DNA from: an uncultured delta proteobacterium
Lineage (GTDB): Bacteria; Myxococcota; Myxococcia; Myxococcales; Anaeromyxobacteraceae
Assembly (NCBI GenBank): GCA_963828255.1
Contig: CAWHDZ010000003.1
Span: 128,001 to 192,000, forward strand
Direction of reading: 5' to 3'
DNA: 64,000 nucleotides
Below are positions 39,478 through 49,924 of the stretch, in pieces. Below the pieces are notes generated by a model. The model was not told the origin of the DNA. It searched no databases and worked only from the letters and a program-made list of their open reading frames with translations. The first letter of the stretch is position 1. Each line of letters begins with the position of its first letter. The translations under genes and the position numbers were made by a program.

Positions 39478-40542
39478 TTGCTCACCAGGCTTGCGATCGG
39501 GGCACTGGTGGTGGCGATTCTCGCCCGGGGGCGCCCGGTGTTGCTGCCCATCGCCTTCGCGGCGGTGCTGGCCCTCATCCTCACCCCGCCGATGAGGTGG
39601 ATGGAGCGCAAGATCCCCACGGCTGCGGCCCTGGCGCTGGTCCTTCTCCTCGCCGCGGGCGCGCTGGGGGGCGGTGGCTTCTTCCTGGTGAGGCAGTCCG
39701 ACGAGCTGGCCACGCAGCTCGGAAAGTACACCGAGTCGATGCGGCGCAAGGTGGCGGCCCTGCAGGCTGGTGGCGGCGGACCGCTGGCGCGCGTCGAGCT
39801 CATGGTCGCGCGGGTCGCCGATGGCCTCGAGAGAAGGGTCGCATCCGACGACGTCCCGGTGCAGGTGGCCCCGGCCCGGGTCTCTCGTGCCACCCACCTG
39901 TGGGATCTGCTCAGGCCGCTGGCCGAGCCGGTCATCACCGGCCTCTTCGTCCTCGTGCTGTGCGTCTTCATGCTGGGCCGCAGGGACGACCTGCGAGGGC
40001 GGCTCAACCGCCTGGTGGGTCCCGGAAACGTGGAGCTCACGACGCGCATCCTCGACGAGGGGGCGCACCGGATCACCCGTTACCTGCGCGATCAGACCGC
40101 GATCAACGCCATCTTCGGCCTGGTCGTCGGCGTGGGGCTCTACTTCATCGGGGTCCCCTACTTCGTGCTCTGGGGCGCCGTCGCGGCACTGGCGAGGTTC
40201 GTCCCCTACCTCGGGGCGATCGCCTCGATGCTCCTTCCGGCGGCGCTCGCCTTCGCGATCTTCCCCGGCTGGTCACGGGCCCTCCTCACCGTGGGGCTCT
40301 TCGTCGGGATGGACCTCGTCACCGCCTACGCCATCGAGCCCGTGCTCATCGGCTACAGGAGCGGGGTCTCGTCGATCGCGCTCCTGGTCTCCGCCTTCTT
40401 CTGGGCCTGGCTCTGGGGCCCGGTGGGGCTCGCCCTCGCCATCCCGATGACCCTGGCGCTCGCCGTCCTCGGACGCCACGTTCCGGACCTCCGCTTCCTG
40501 GAGGTGCTCCTCGGGGACGACCACGCTATCGACTCCGGGTAG
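39478..40542 (+). CDS. AI-2E family transporter
   Basis: ITRYLRDQTAINAIFG, RFVPYLG, IEPVLIG..GVS, WAWLWGPVGLALAIPMT. Confidence 0.9.
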   Translation: MLTRLAIGALVVAILARGRPVLLPIAFAAVLALILTPPMRWMERKIPTAAALALVLLLAAGALGGGGFFLVRQSDELATQLGKYTESMRRKVAALQAGGGGPLARVELMVARVADGLERRVASDDVPVQVAPARVSRATHLWDLLRPLAEPVITGLFVLVLCVFMLGRRDDLRGRLNRLVGPGNVELTTRILDEGAHRITRYLRDQTAINAIFGLVVGVGLYFIGVPYFVLWGAVAALARFVPYLGAIASMLLPAALAFAIFPGWSRALLTVGLFVGMDLVTAYAIEPVLIGYRSGVSSIALLVSAFFWAWLWGPVGLALAIPMTLALAVLGRHVPDLRFLEVLLGDDHAIDSG

Positions 40543-40575
40543 GGACTCCCCCTTCCCGCCCGAGGCCCCGAACCG

Positions 40576-40845
40576 TCAGCGCGGAGGGACGGGAAGAGGC
40601 GCCGCGGCGTGACCTGGCCCCAGGAGGCCTCGCGCCTGCTCGACCGCCGAGGCCTTGGCCGCCACCAGCGACTCGGCGGAACCGCCGGCGACCTCTCGCT
40701 GGGATCCATCCACGAGGAAGCAGAGGCTGCGCCATCCCCTGGAACTGGAGCGGAGCTCGAGCCGCGGGAGCGAGAAGACGAGCGCCGCGTCGGAACCGTC
40801 GAGGTTCATCGCCCATCCGTCCGTGGTCCGCGCCCAGCCGCTCAT
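40576..40845 (-). CDS. Small hypothetical protein
   Basis: Coding-like frame downstream of the PRTase gene; start uncertain. Confidence 0.4.
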   Translation of the reverse strand: MSGWARTTDGWAMNLDGSDAALVFSLPRLELRSSSRGWRSLCFLVDGSQREVAGGSAESLVAAKASAVEQARGLLGPGHAAAPLPVPPR

Positions 40846-40885
40846 CCTCCCATCGTAACACCCGCGGCGAAGGGGCGCTCGCGGG

Positions 40886-42217
40886 TCAGGAACCGCCCAG
40901 GCTCCACGACGCGCCCGGCACGAATGCCGCCAGACGCCTCCCGAACCAGCCGGCCGCGAGGCGGGCCACCTGGTCGAGCGTGCCGGGCTCCTCGAAGAGG
41001 TGGGTTGCGCCGGGGACGACGGTGAGCTGCGCGGACGGCATGTGGCGCAGCACCAATCGGTTGAGCCGGAGGACGTGCTCGTCCCGGCTCCCCACGAGGA
41101 GGAGCACCGGTGCCTGGATCCGCGCGAGCACCTGCGCCGGGACCAGGTCCGGGCGGCCGCCACGCGACACCACCGCCGCGATCGCCCCGGGGTTCTCCGC
41201 CGCCGCGGCGAGCGCCGCCGCGGCGCCCGTGCTCGCCCCGAAGAGTCCGATGCCCATCCCGCGGGTCTGCGGCCACGCCGCCAGCCATCGCGTCGCGGCC
41301 GTCACCCGGGAGGTGAGGAGCGGGAGATCGAAGGCGAACCGCGCCGTGGCCCTGTCCTCGGCCGCCTCCTCCGGCCGGAGGAGGTCGAAGAGGAGCGTCG
41401 CGAAGCCTGCACGCTGGAGCTCCCCGGCGACGAGGAGGTTCCGGGGGCTGCGCCGCGTCGAGCCGCTCCCGTGCACGAACAGCACCACGCCCCTCGCGCC
41501 CGGGGGAACGGTCAGCTCACACTCGAGCCCCTTCTCCCCGGCGGGGGAGCCGGTGAACGGGATCCTGGCGACGTCCACCGCGGCGTTCCGGGCCTGGCGC
41601 AGGCACTCCAGGACCTCCTCGTCCGACACCTGGTCGAAGCGCTCGTACCAGCGCCCCACCGCCATGAAATCGTCGGGCAACTCCACCGCCACCACGTCGT
41701 CGAAGTCGGATCGGAGGTCCGCCAGGGACGACGCGGCGATCACCGGCGCCGCCAGGACCACCTGCCGGGCTCCGCGCAGCCGGGCCGACCGGGCCGCGGC
41801 GCGCGCGGTGGCCCCCGTGGCGACGCCGTCGTCCACGACGATCGCGGTCCTGCCGGAAAGGTCCGGCATCTGGCGCCCGACCCGGTAGACGTGGACCCGG
41901 CGGGCCAGCTCCGCCACCTCTCGCTCGGCGAGCGTCGCGACCTGCTCCTCGTCGAGCCCCACCTCGGGGAGCGCCTCCCGGCGCACGTAGACGGCGCCGC
42001 CCTCGGCGATCGCGCCGAGGGCGTACTCCGGGTAGCCGGGGGCGCCGATCTTCCTGGCCACGATGATGTCGAGGTCGGTCTTCAGGCCCCGCGCCACCTC
42101 GAGCGCGACCGGAACGCCTCCGCGCGCCAGACCGAGGATCATCGGGTGCACCGGACGGTACCGCTCCAGGCGGCTGGCCAGGAGCCGCCCCGCTTGCTTC
42201 CTGTCCTGGAACGTCAT
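40886..42217 (-). CDS. Phosphoribosyltransferase fused to an alpha/beta-hydrolase (DLH-like) domain
   Basis: [68 protein letters not shown]. Confidence 0.92.
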   Translation of the reverse strand: MTFQDRKQAGRLLASRLERYRPVHPMILGLARGGVPVALEVARGLKTDLDIIVARKIGAPGYPEYALGAIAEGGAVYVRREALPEVGLDEEQVATLAEREVAELARRVHVYRVGRQMPDLSGRTAIVVDDGVATGATARAAARSARLRGARQVVLAAPVIAASSLADLRSDFDDVVAVELPDDFMAVGRWYERFDQVSDEEVLECLRQARNAAVDVARIPFTGSPAGEKGLECELTVPPGARGVVLFVHGSGSTRRSPRNLLVAGELQRAGFATLLFDLLRPEEAAEDRATARFAFDLPLLTSRVTAATRWLAAWPQTRGMGIGLFGASTGAAAALAAAAENPGAIAAVVSRGGRPDLVPAQVLARIQAPVLLLVGSRDEHVLRLNRLVLRHMPSAQLTVVPGATHLFEEPGTLDQVARLAAGWFGRRLAAFVPGASWSLGGS

Positions 42218-42427
42218 GACGGGCCTCCAGATCGAGGGTAACTCCGGGCGGCGAGGGTGGCGTCGATGGCGGACGGGTCAGCCGGGTTGCTCCCAATGGG
42301 GCGTCAGGGCCCTCGAAGTCGGTGCCGTTGTAGATCATCCAAGCTCGGCGCCGCGGCGCCGCAGCCAGCGAGGGTTGCGGGTGCGAACGAGCGCAGCAGA
42401 CCGTTCATCCGGAGGACTATAATCTGT

Positions 42428-43801
42428 ATGTCCATGCAGCCCGCCCGCCCGCGCGCCTTCCTCACCGCCCGCGATACACCGGACTGCCTCGCCCCGAAGC
42501 CCGGGTGGGGGAGCGGGCCCGCAGAAGCGGATGCCGCGGTCCTCCTCGTCGACCCCTCCCACGCCTTCCAGGAGATCGAGGGGTTCGGGGGAGCCTTCAC
42601 CGAGGCCGCGGCGGTCACGCTCCACCAGGCCGCCCCGGAGCAGCAGGACGAGATCCTCCGGGCGTACTTCGATCCCGTCCACGGCCTCGGGTACACGCTG
42701 TGCCGCACCCACATGAACAGCTGCGACTTCTCGCTCGGGAACTACGCCCACGCCGACGTCCCGGGAGACCTCGCCCTCGCCCATTTCACCATCGACCGGG
42801 ATCGCCGCGATCTCATCCCCATGATCCAGGCCGCGCAGCGCGTGGCCGGCGGTCGCCTGAAGCTCTTCGCCTCCCCGTGGAGCCCGCCGGCCTGGATGAA
42901 GACCAACGGCGAGATGAACCACGGGGGCTCCCTGCGCCCCGGGTGCCGGGAGGCCTGGGCAGGCTGCTACGTGAAGTTCATCGAGGCCTACGAGGCCGAG
43001 GGAATCCCCATCTGGGGGCTCACCGTGCAGAACGAGCCGGCCGCGGTGCAGCGCTGGGACTCCTGCGTCTACAGCGCCGAGGAGGAGCGCGACTTCGTGC
43101 GGGACCACCTCGGCCCGGCCCTCCACCGGGCCGGCCGGCGCGACGTGAAGCTCATGGTCTGGGACCACAACCGCGACCTGCTCTACCACCGGGTGAAGCC
43201 CGTCTACGACGACCCGGAGTGTTCCCGCTTCGTCTGGGGCGCGGGCTTCCACTGGTACGGCGGCGACCACTTCGAGAACGTCCAGCGGGTCCACGACGCC
43301 TGGCCGGACAAGGGGTTGCTCTTCACCGAGGGTTGCATGGAGGGCGGGCCGCACCTCGGGGAATGGGCGTCCGGGGAGCGCTACGGCGCCTCGCTGGTGA
43401 ACGACCTGGAGCGCTGGGCGGCGGGCTGGGTGGACTGGAACCTGCTCCTCGACGAGACCGGCGGCCCCAACCACGTGGGCAACCTCTGTGGCGCGCCCAT
43501 CCACTACGACCGGCGCTCCCGCACCATTCACTACCAGTCATCATACTTCTACCTGGGCCACTTCTCCCGGTTCGTCCGGCCGGGGGCGCGCCGCGTCGCC
43601 GTCGGCAATCCACGCGACGACCTCCTGGCCACCGCCTTCCGGAACCCCGACGGGAGCGTCGCCACGGTGGCCATGAACCGGACCGACGCCCCCATCGCCC
43701 TGGACATCCGGATCGGCGAGGAGGTCGCCTGCGGGTCCTTGCCCCCGCACGCCATCGTCACGCTGGTCAGCGGCGAAAGGCCCGACGGACGATCCCGATG
43801 A
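42428..43801 (+). CDS. GH30 glycoside hydrolase (glucosylceramidase / beta-1,6-glucanase-like), no signal peptide
   Basis: GFGGAFTE, SCDFS, ASPWSPPAWMKTN, TVQNEP, WDHN, FHWY, FTEGC, GGPNH. Confidence 0.92.
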   Translation: MSMQPARPRAFLTARDTPDCLAPKPGWGSGPAEADAAVLLVDPSHAFQEIEGFGGAFTEAAAVTLHQAAPEQQDEILRAYFDPVHGLGYTLCRTHMNSCDFSLGNYAHADVPGDLALAHFTIDRDRRDLIPMIQAAQRVAGGRLKLFASPWSPPAWMKTNGEMNHGGSLRPGCREAWAGCYVKFIEAYEAEGIPIWGLTVQNEPAAVQRWDSCVYSAEEERDFVRDHLGPALHRAGRRDVKLMVWDHNRDLLYHRVKPVYDDPECSRFVWGAGFHWYGGDHFENVQRVHDAWPDKGLLFTEGCMEGGPHLGEWASGERYGASLVNDLERWAAGWVDWNLLLDETGGPNHVGNLCGAPIHYDRRSRTIHYQSSYFYLGHFSRFVRPGARRVAVGNPRDDLLATAFRNPDGSVATVAMNRTDAPIALDIRIGEEVACGSLPPHAIVTLVSGERPDGRSR

Positions 43802-43877
43802 CGGTGTCCTGGTCCTCCCGGCCGAGGGAGCTCGAGCTGGGGAGGCAGAGAAGGCATGCACGCGGGTCCCCTGAACC

Positions 43878-46523
43878 TCAGGGCCGCGTTGCCACCCACC
43901 AGAACGCGTTGGTCCGGCTGTTTCCGTCGTCCCAGGCGGTCAGGGTGTTGACCTCGGTCCAGGCAGCCTCCCGGGCCGTGGTCGCGTGGGCCATGTAGAG
44001 GAACCCCCTCCATTCCTGGGGCGCGACGGCGGCGGCCGCCTGCATGTTCGGCCAGGCGTCCCCGACCCAGGTCGGCGACACGAGATCCTCGCTCGCCGGC
44101 GTGTACGGGAGCATCTGGATCCCGAAGATGTACTCGGCGCCGGCCGCGAAGAAGGTGGCGAAGACCGCCTTGGTCGCGAAGAGGATGCCGACGCACATGT
44201 TGGCCGCGAACGGATCCTGGTACACGACGGACGCCGCCGGGATCTGCCAGTAGGTGCGGGCCGAGTCGACCTCGAGCGCGAGGAGGACGCGTCCGAGCTC
44301 GCTCATCCGCGCGTCGCCGGTGGCGAGCCCCAGCAGGCGCAGCGCGTACCATGCATTGACGGCCTCCGAGGTCGATTCCTGGTTCTGGCCGTCAGCCAGG
44401 GCGGAGAGCCCGGCGGCCCAGGAGTGGCCCCGGAAGAAGTCCATGTGGCGGAAGCGCGGGAAGCGGGGATCCGACGCGCTGGGGTTGGCGATGTCGCGCA
44501 CCAGGGCGAGCAGCCCGGCGCGGTGGGTCGCCGCGAAGGCCGGGTCGGAGCGGGCCAGGACGGCGGCGGCGTAGAGGTGATACCCGTAGTGAAAGTGGTG
44601 GTCGTTGTAGTGGCCGGCCCCGAACTCGGCGCCCGGATCGGCGAGCCCCCGGGTCGTGACCACGCCTCCCCAGGTGGTGTCGTAGACGAAGGGGTTCCCG
44701 TTGGTGCCGTCGAGCCAGGCCGCGACCAGCGGCGAGAGGCGGGCGCGGAGGGTGGCCGCGGTGGCGGTCTCGCCCAGCTCGTCGGCGATCACCGCCAGTC
44801 GCGCCAGCTTGGCCAGCTGCTTGCCGCCGAAGTAGGTATCCACGTCCACCGTGCTCGGGTCGGGGACGAAGGAGGCGTCGGCCGCCAGCGCGGCACGCAC
44901 CGCCGCCAGGTGGGCCGGGGCCACCGGCCGGGGGGCCGCGAAGCCGATGGTCGAGAGGGGGAGGCTCATCGTCCAGGTGCTGCCCTCCACGCCCTGGAGC
45001 GTGCCGCGCAGCGTGGAGTAGGTGAGGGCGGTGGTCACCGGGGAGACCAGGCGCGCCATGTGATGGGGCAACGCCACGAGGAGCAGGGGGCCGGTGCCGG
45101 TGGTGGTGTAGACGAAGCGGAGGGTGGCCACGTCACAGGCGGTGGAAGCTTCCAGGCGCGCCCCGCGCGGCACGGCGCCCGCGTGGGCGTCGAGCACCGC
45201 CACGGAGGCCGGGGCCGGCGCGTTGGCCACCCGGAGGGTGCCCACGAAGGCGGAGGCCGCCGCCATGCTGCCCGTGGTCCAGTTGAAGGTCACCGGGGTC
45301 GAGGCGTAGAGCACCCAGGTGCTCCCGTCGCTCAGCCCGAGCACGAACCGGGTGCCGCTCACCGGGCCCGGGGAGCTCACGCCGTTGACGCTGGTGAAGG
45401 CGAACGTCCCGGGGATGAGCATGGGCCGGAGGCCCCCCGCGTAGTCGACGGTGACGTAGGGCATTCCCTGGACGAGCGGGGCGGTCATCGTCCCGCTGGC
45501 CGCGCGGTACCGCAGCGTCACCGAGAAGAGGTCGTAGGACTGCACGGCGTGCTGGGTGCTCCCGTCGAACTCGAGCGCGCCCAGCATGATCTGCTTGCGC
45601 TCGGGGACGATGACGGAGGTCGCGGTGTTGATGGGAGCCGCGGCGGCGACGTCGAGCCAGACGGGCTCGGCCTTGAGCTGGTAGGGGAGGAAGTCGATGC
45701 GGAGCCCGCCGTCGCCGAGCACCAGGTTCTGCCAGGAGGTGTTGGTCGGGAGCGGGGCCGTGGTCGATGCCCAGAGGGCGGTCGGCGTCTGCTGGCCGTT
45801 CCGGGGGGCGAACGGCGGGATGTCGGTGGCGAAGGGCGTGTCCAGGTCCAGGGCGACCTCCCGGCAATCCTGGGAGCAGATGCCGCCCTGGCAGGTCTGC
45901 CCAGGGGCGCAGGTGGCGCCGGCCTGGGCGCCGGTGCAGGTTCCGCTGGCCCCGCAGTAGGTCAGGCTGGTCTGGGGATCGACGCACGCGCCGCCGCAGA
46001 CGAGCTGGCCCGCTGTCGGGCACGCGCAGGTTCCGCCCTGGCAGGTCTGCCCAGGGGCGCAGGTGACACCTGCCTCGGCGCCGGTGCAGGTCCCGCTGGC
46101 CCCGCAGTAGGTCGGGCTGGTCTGGGGATCGACGCACGCGCCGCCGCAGACGAGCTGGCCCGCTGTCGGGCAGGCGCAGGTTCCGGCCTGGCAGGTCTGC
46201 CCCGAGGTGCAGGTGACGCCTGCCTGGGCGCCAGTGCAGGTTCCGCTGGCGCCGCAGTGGATCGGGCTGGTCTGGGGATCGACGCACGCGCCCTCGCACG
46301 CCACCTGTCCGGACGGGCAAGGCACGGCGCAGACGCCACTCGAGCAGACCGAGCCGACCGCGCAGATGTTGCCGCAGTCGCCGCAGTTGAGGTTGTCGGC
46401 CTGGGTCTGCACGCAGGCGCCGCCGCAGGACACGGAGCCGTTCGCACAGGTCGAGGCGACGCTGCAACCGGTCAGGGTGGAGACCGCGAATAGCAGGACC
46501 AGCCAATTCGTTCGGGTGAGCAC
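43878..46523 (-). CDS. GH81 endo-beta-1,3-glucanase lipoprotein with Cys-rich stalk
   Basis: AGGAG before GTG 46523; lipobox LTGC; PLPTNTSWQN, PLVQGMPY, YNDHHFHYGY, GHSWAAG, NQESTSEA. Confidence 0.92.
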   Translation of the reverse strand: MLTRTNWLVLLFAVSTLTGCSVASTCANGSVSCGGACVQTQADNLNCGDCGNICAVGSVCSSGVCAVPCPSGQVACEGACVDPQTSPIHCGASGTCTGAQAGVTCTSGQTCQAGTCACPTAGQLVCGGACVDPQTSPTYCGASGTCTGAEAGVTCAPGQTCQGGTCACPTAGQLVCGGACVDPQTSLTYCGASGTCTGAQAGATCAPGQTCQGGICSQDCREVALDLDTPFATDIPPFAPRNGQQTPTALWASTTAPLPTNTSWQNLVLGDGGLRIDFLPYQLKAEPVWLDVAAAAPINTATSVIVPERKQIMLGALEFDGSTQHAVQSYDLFSVTLRYRAASGTMTAPLVQGMPYVTVDYAGGLRPMLIPGTFAFTSVNGVSSPGPVSGTRFVLGLSDGSTWVLYASTPVTFNWTTGSMAAASAFVGTLRVANAPAPASVAVLDAHAGAVPRGARLEASTACDVATLRFVYTTTGTGPLLLVALPHHMARLVSPVTTALTYSTLRGTLQGVEGSTWTMSLPLSTIGFAAPRPVAPAHLAAVRAALAADASFVPDPSTVDVDTYFGGKQLAKLARLAVIADELGETATAATLRARLSPLVAAWLDGTNGNPFVYDTTWGGVVTTRGLADPGAEFGAGHYNDHHFHYGYHLYAAAVLARSDPAFAATHRAGLLALVRDIANPSASDPRFPRFRHMDFFRGHSWAAGLSALADGQNQESTSEAVNAWYALRLLGLATGDARMSELGRVLLALEVDSARTYWQIPAASVVYQDPFAANMCVGILFATKAVFATFFAAGAEYIFGIQMLPYTPASEDLVSPTWVGDAWPNMQAAAAVAPQEWRGFLYMAHATTAREAAWTEVNTLTAWDDGNSRTNAFWWVATRP
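45883..46292 (-). repeat. About three near-identical 150-bp tandem repeats (50-aa Cys-rich module)
   Basis: GCAGGTCTGC recurs at 45891, 46041 and 46191; CVDPQTS..CGASGTC..C..GQTCQ. Confidence 0.9.
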
Positions 46524-46564
46524 GAGGTCTCCTGGGGGTTTTTCCATGAACCAAGCTTGGGGAC

Positions 46565-46613
46565 TTGACAGTCCCAGAGGCAGCATATACTTGGTTCGGG
46601 GAGCGAACAAAGT
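46565..46613 (+). promoter_or_regulatory. Sigma70 promoter with ROK-type operator 1
   Basis: TTGACA (46565-46570); ACTTGGTTCG-N5-CGAACAAAGT (46589-46613). Confidence 0.75.
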
Positions 46614-46644
46614 GGCAGTGCGCACCGAACCCAGAGGCAAGAAC

Positions 46645-49600
46645 ATGACACTCCGAAGGCAGTCGTTGCTGGTCGCCCTCGCCGTCCTCCCGGGCCTCCT
46701 TCTCGCAGGCTGCAGCAGCTCCAGCAGCGGCGCGACCCTGTCCGCGATCGCCGTCACGCCCAGTCCGCTCCGGCTGGCGGTGGGCGGGGCGGGGCAACTC
46801 GTCGTGACCGGGATCAACAGCGACGGCACCAGGTTCCCCATCACCGCGGGCCTGACCTTCTCCTCCGACGATTCGGCCGTCGCGGCGGTCAGCAGCTCGG
46901 GTGTCGTGACCGGCCTCGCCGAAGGCTTCGCTACCATCACCGCCGCGGCCTCCGGCCTGACCGCCAGCGTGACCGTGACCGTGTCCTCGCTGGCGCCGAC
47001 GCTGGTCGCCATCGACATCATCCCCCCCAGCGCCCAGATCGCGGTCCGGGGGACCGAGCAGCTGACCGTGTCGGGGCTGTACAGCGACTTCTCGACCTTC
47101 AACGTGACGGCCGGATCGACCTTCGTCTCGTCCTCGCCCGCCGTGGCCACGGTCAGCGCGGGCGGTCTCGTGACCGGGGTCTCGGCCGGAAGCACGACCG
47201 TCGTCGCCACCCACACCGCCTCGGGCCGGATCGCGACCGCCACCATCTTCGTCGTCGGCGGCAGCCTGGCGCCCACCCTGGTGTCCATCGCGGTGACCCC
47301 GGCCAGCCCCACGCTGGCCCCGGGGGCGACGCAGCAGCTGACCGTCACCGGAACCTACAGCGACTCCTCGACGGCCAACCTCACGGCCGGCTCGACCTTC
47401 GTCTCCTCCTCCACCAGCGCGGCCACGGTCAGCGCCGCAGGGCTCGTGACCGCGGTGGCCGTCGGGACCGCGACCGTCACCGCCACGCACACCGCGTCCG
47501 GCAGGACCGCGACCTCCTCGGTCACGGTCAGCAGCGGCGGGACCCCCACGCTCACCTCCATCGCCGTGTCGCCGGCCGCCGTCTCGCTCGCGGTCGGCGC
47601 GACCCAGCAACTGACGGTCACCGGCACCTACAGCGACGCGTCCACCGCCAACCTCACCTCCGGCTCGACCTTCGCCTCCTCCGCCACCGGCGTGGCCACG
47701 GTCGGCTCCACCGGGCTGGTGACCGCGGTGGCCGCCGGAACGGCGACCGTCACCGCCACCCACACCGCGTCCGGCAGGACCGCCACCTCCGCCATCACCG
47801 TGAGCAGCGCGACGACCGACGGCGGCCTGGTCTTCGTCGACGGCTTCGACGCCGGCGTGACCTTCGTCGGCTTCGGCGGGGCCGTCAACGACGTGACCAT
47901 CGACACCACCGAGAAGAACAACGGCCGCAACTCGCTGAAGTTCGTCGTCACCAGCAGTGCGACCGCCTACTCGGGTGGCGCCTTCGTGGCGTCCGTGCCC
48001 AGGAACCTGTCGGCCTTCAACGCGCTGACCTTCTGGGCCAAGGCGAGCACCTCCAACACCCTGCCCGTGACCGGGATCGGGAACGACGCGGCCACGTTCC
48101 AGGGCTTCTCGGCGGAGTCGCTCGACATCCCGCTGACCGGGACCTGGACCAAGTACATCATCCCCATCCCCGTTCCGGCCAAGCTCACGGCGAACAAGGG
48201 ACTGTTCCACCTTGCCGACGGGGCCAACAAGAGCTACACGATCTGGCTCAACGACATCCAGTACGAGAACCTGCCGTCGTCCGAGGTCGGGCCGCCCACG
48301 CTCACCGGCACGAACATCGGATGGGAGTCGGCCATCACCCTGGCGGCCGGCGACACCCACCAGATCCCGTACCCGCCCAACACCGTGGGGTTCGCGCTGC
48401 CGGTGCTGCCGCACATCGGCAGGCTCACCAACGTGAGCTTCCGCTACTTCGACCTCACCTCGAGCGCCCCGTCGGTCGCCACGGTGAACGCCGACGGCCT
48501 CGTGACCGGCGTCTCCGCCGGGACCGCGAACGTCACGGCCACGCTGAACGGTCTCTCGATCCCCGGCCAGGGAGACTTCACGGTGTCCGGCACGGCGGCT
48601 CCGGCACCCACCGCCCCCCCGACGGCGCCCACGCCGCTCGCGGCCGACGCGATCTCCCTCCTCAGCACCACCTACGCGGGCACGGTGGCCGACAAGAGCG
48701 CCAACGTGGAGACCTGGCTGACGCCGTGGAGCGGAGGGGGCAGCACGGTGGCCGACTTCACCATCCCGGGCACCACCCACGTGGTGAAGAAGTACGAGGC
48801 GAAGAACTACATCGGCATCGAGTTCATCGGGGGCAACAACACCGCCGGTGACCCCCTGCTGGGCACGAAGCAGATCGACCTGACCACTCCCGGGATGACC
48901 AACTTCCACCTGGACGTGTGGACGCCGGACGGGAGCCACATGGTCATCAAGCTGCAGGACGCCGGGCCCGACATGGTGGTGGGCACGGCCGACGACTCGA
49001 CCAAGATCACCATGGGCGGGGTCGCGATCACCAGCCAGAACCAGTGGGTGTCCCTCGATTTCGACCTCGCCAGCCTGGCCGTGCAGCAGGCGGCGTGGAC
49101 CGGGAGGAACGTCGCGCAGATCGTCATCTCGCTCGACACCCCGACCGCGGGCGGGACGTTCTACCTGGACAACCTTTACTTCTACAAGGGAAGCGGCGGT
49201 GGTGGTGGAGGCGGCGCTGGCCCCACGACCGTGGCCGCCCTTCCGACGGCGCCGGTCGCCAACGTGATCTCGCTCTTCAGTTCGGCCTACACGGGCACAG
49301 CGGCCGACAAGAGCGCCCAGGTCGAATCCTACAACGCCACCTGCTTCGGCCCGTCCGGCACCAGCGTGGCCGACTACACCATCCCCGGCACCTCGCACGT
49401 CGTGAAGGCGTACTCGATCCTGGCCAACACCTTCGGGATCATCGAGATGATCGGCTCCACCGGCGGAACCCCCTCGCCACCCGACTCGCCGATCTGCTTC
49501 GGCGCCACGCAGACCGGCACCAACCTGATCGACGTCACCACCATGACCGGGCTCCACTTCGACATCTGGTCGGCGGTCGGCTCGACCCAGGGGACCAACG

Positions 49601-49851
49601 TGGGCGTCGTCAGCGCCGACGCCACCAACACCATCGCCGGCCCCGGCGCGGCGAGCGGCGCGTCGCAGGGGACCACATACTCGAGCGGCAACGCCGCCTT
49701 CGCCGCAGGCCAGTGGGTGGGAGTGGACCTCCCGTTCTCGACCTGGGGCCCGCCCGGCGCTCCCCTGGGGCTCGACAAGGCGGGGCTCGTGAAGTTCTTC
49801 TTCTTCGAGGCCGGGACCTACTACATCGACAACGTCTACTTCTACAAGTAG
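46645..49851 (+). CDS. Large lipoprotein with Big_2 Ig-like repeats and CBM-like domains
   Basis: Lipobox LAGC; four N-terminal SIAVTP..QLTVTG..SS..VATV..GLVT repeats; modules ending FYLDNLYFYK and YYIDNVYFYK. Confidence 0.85.
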   Translation: MTLRRQSLLVALAVLPGLLLAGCSSSSSGATLSAIAVTPSPLRLAVGGAGQLVVTGINSDGTRFPITAGLTFSSDDSAVAAVSSSGVVTGLAEGFATITAAASGLTASVTVTVSSLAPTLVAIDIIPPSAQIAVRGTEQLTVSGLYSDFSTFNVTAGSTFVSSSPAVATVSAGGLVTGVSAGSTTVVATHTASGRIATATIFVVGGSLAPTLVSIAVTPASPTLAPGATQQLTVTGTYSDSSTANLTAGSTFVSSSTSAATVSAAGLVTAVAVGTATVTATHTASGRTATSSVTVSSGGTPTLTSIAVSPAAVSLAVGATQQLTVTGTYSDASTANLTSGSTFASSATGVATVGSTGLVTAVAAGTATVTATHTASGRTATSAITVSSATTDGGLVFVDGFDAGVTFVGFGGAVNDVTIDTTEKNNGRNSLKFVVTSSATAYSGGAFVASVPRNLSAFNALTFWAKASTSNTLPVTGIGNDAATFQGFSAESLDIPLTGTWTKYIIPIPVPAKLTANKGLFHLADGANKSYTIWLNDIQYENLPSSEVGPPTLTGTNIGWESAITLAAGDTHQIPYPPNTVGFALPVLPHIGRLTNVSFRYFDLTSSAPSVATVNADGLVTGVSAGTANVTATLNGLSIPGQGDFTVSGTAAPAPTAPPTAPTPLAADAISLLSTTYAGTVADKSANVETWLTPWSGGGSTVADFTIPGTTHVVKKYEAKNYIGIEFIGGNNTAGDPLLGTKQIDLTTPGMTNFHLDVWTPDGSHMVIKLQDAGPDMVVGTADDSTKITMGGVAITSQNQWVSLDFDLASLAVQQAAWTGRNVAQIVISLDTPTAGGTFYLDNLYFYKGSGGGGGGGAGPTTVAALPTAPVANVISLFSSAYTGTAADKSAQVESYNATCFGPSGTSVADYTIPGTSHVVKAYSILANTFGIIEMIGSTGGTPSPPDSPICFGATQTGTNLIDVTTMTGLHFDIWSAVGSTQGTNVGVVSADATNTIAGPGAASGASQGTTYSSGNAAFAAGQWVGVDLPFSTWGPPGAPLGLDKAGLVKFFFFEAGTYYIDNVYFYK

Positions 49852-49876
49852 GGTTGGTTCGACCAACGAACAAAGT
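49852..49876 (+). promoter_or_regulatory. ROK-type operator 2
   Basis: GGTTGGTTCG-N5-CGAACAAAGT directly after the stop codon. Confidence 0.7.
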
Positions 49877-49924
49877 CCCGTGGCCGACTCACGGGACTCG
49901 CGATCCGCATGCGGAGGCGAGGGC

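Noticed and set aside
42370..42392. Degenerate ROK operator upstream of GH30, and another near 46505
   Set aside because: Only one half-site matches in each case.
45883..46292. Regularly spaced repeats as a CRISPR array
   Set aside because: In-frame 150-bp coding repeats with no unique spacers and no cas genes.
46524..47348. Long N-terminal extension of the GH81 ORF in the track (likewise for the 46207, 49909 and 53220 ORFs)
   Set aside because: They overlap neighbouring genes; downstream starts with RBS and/or lipobox fit better.
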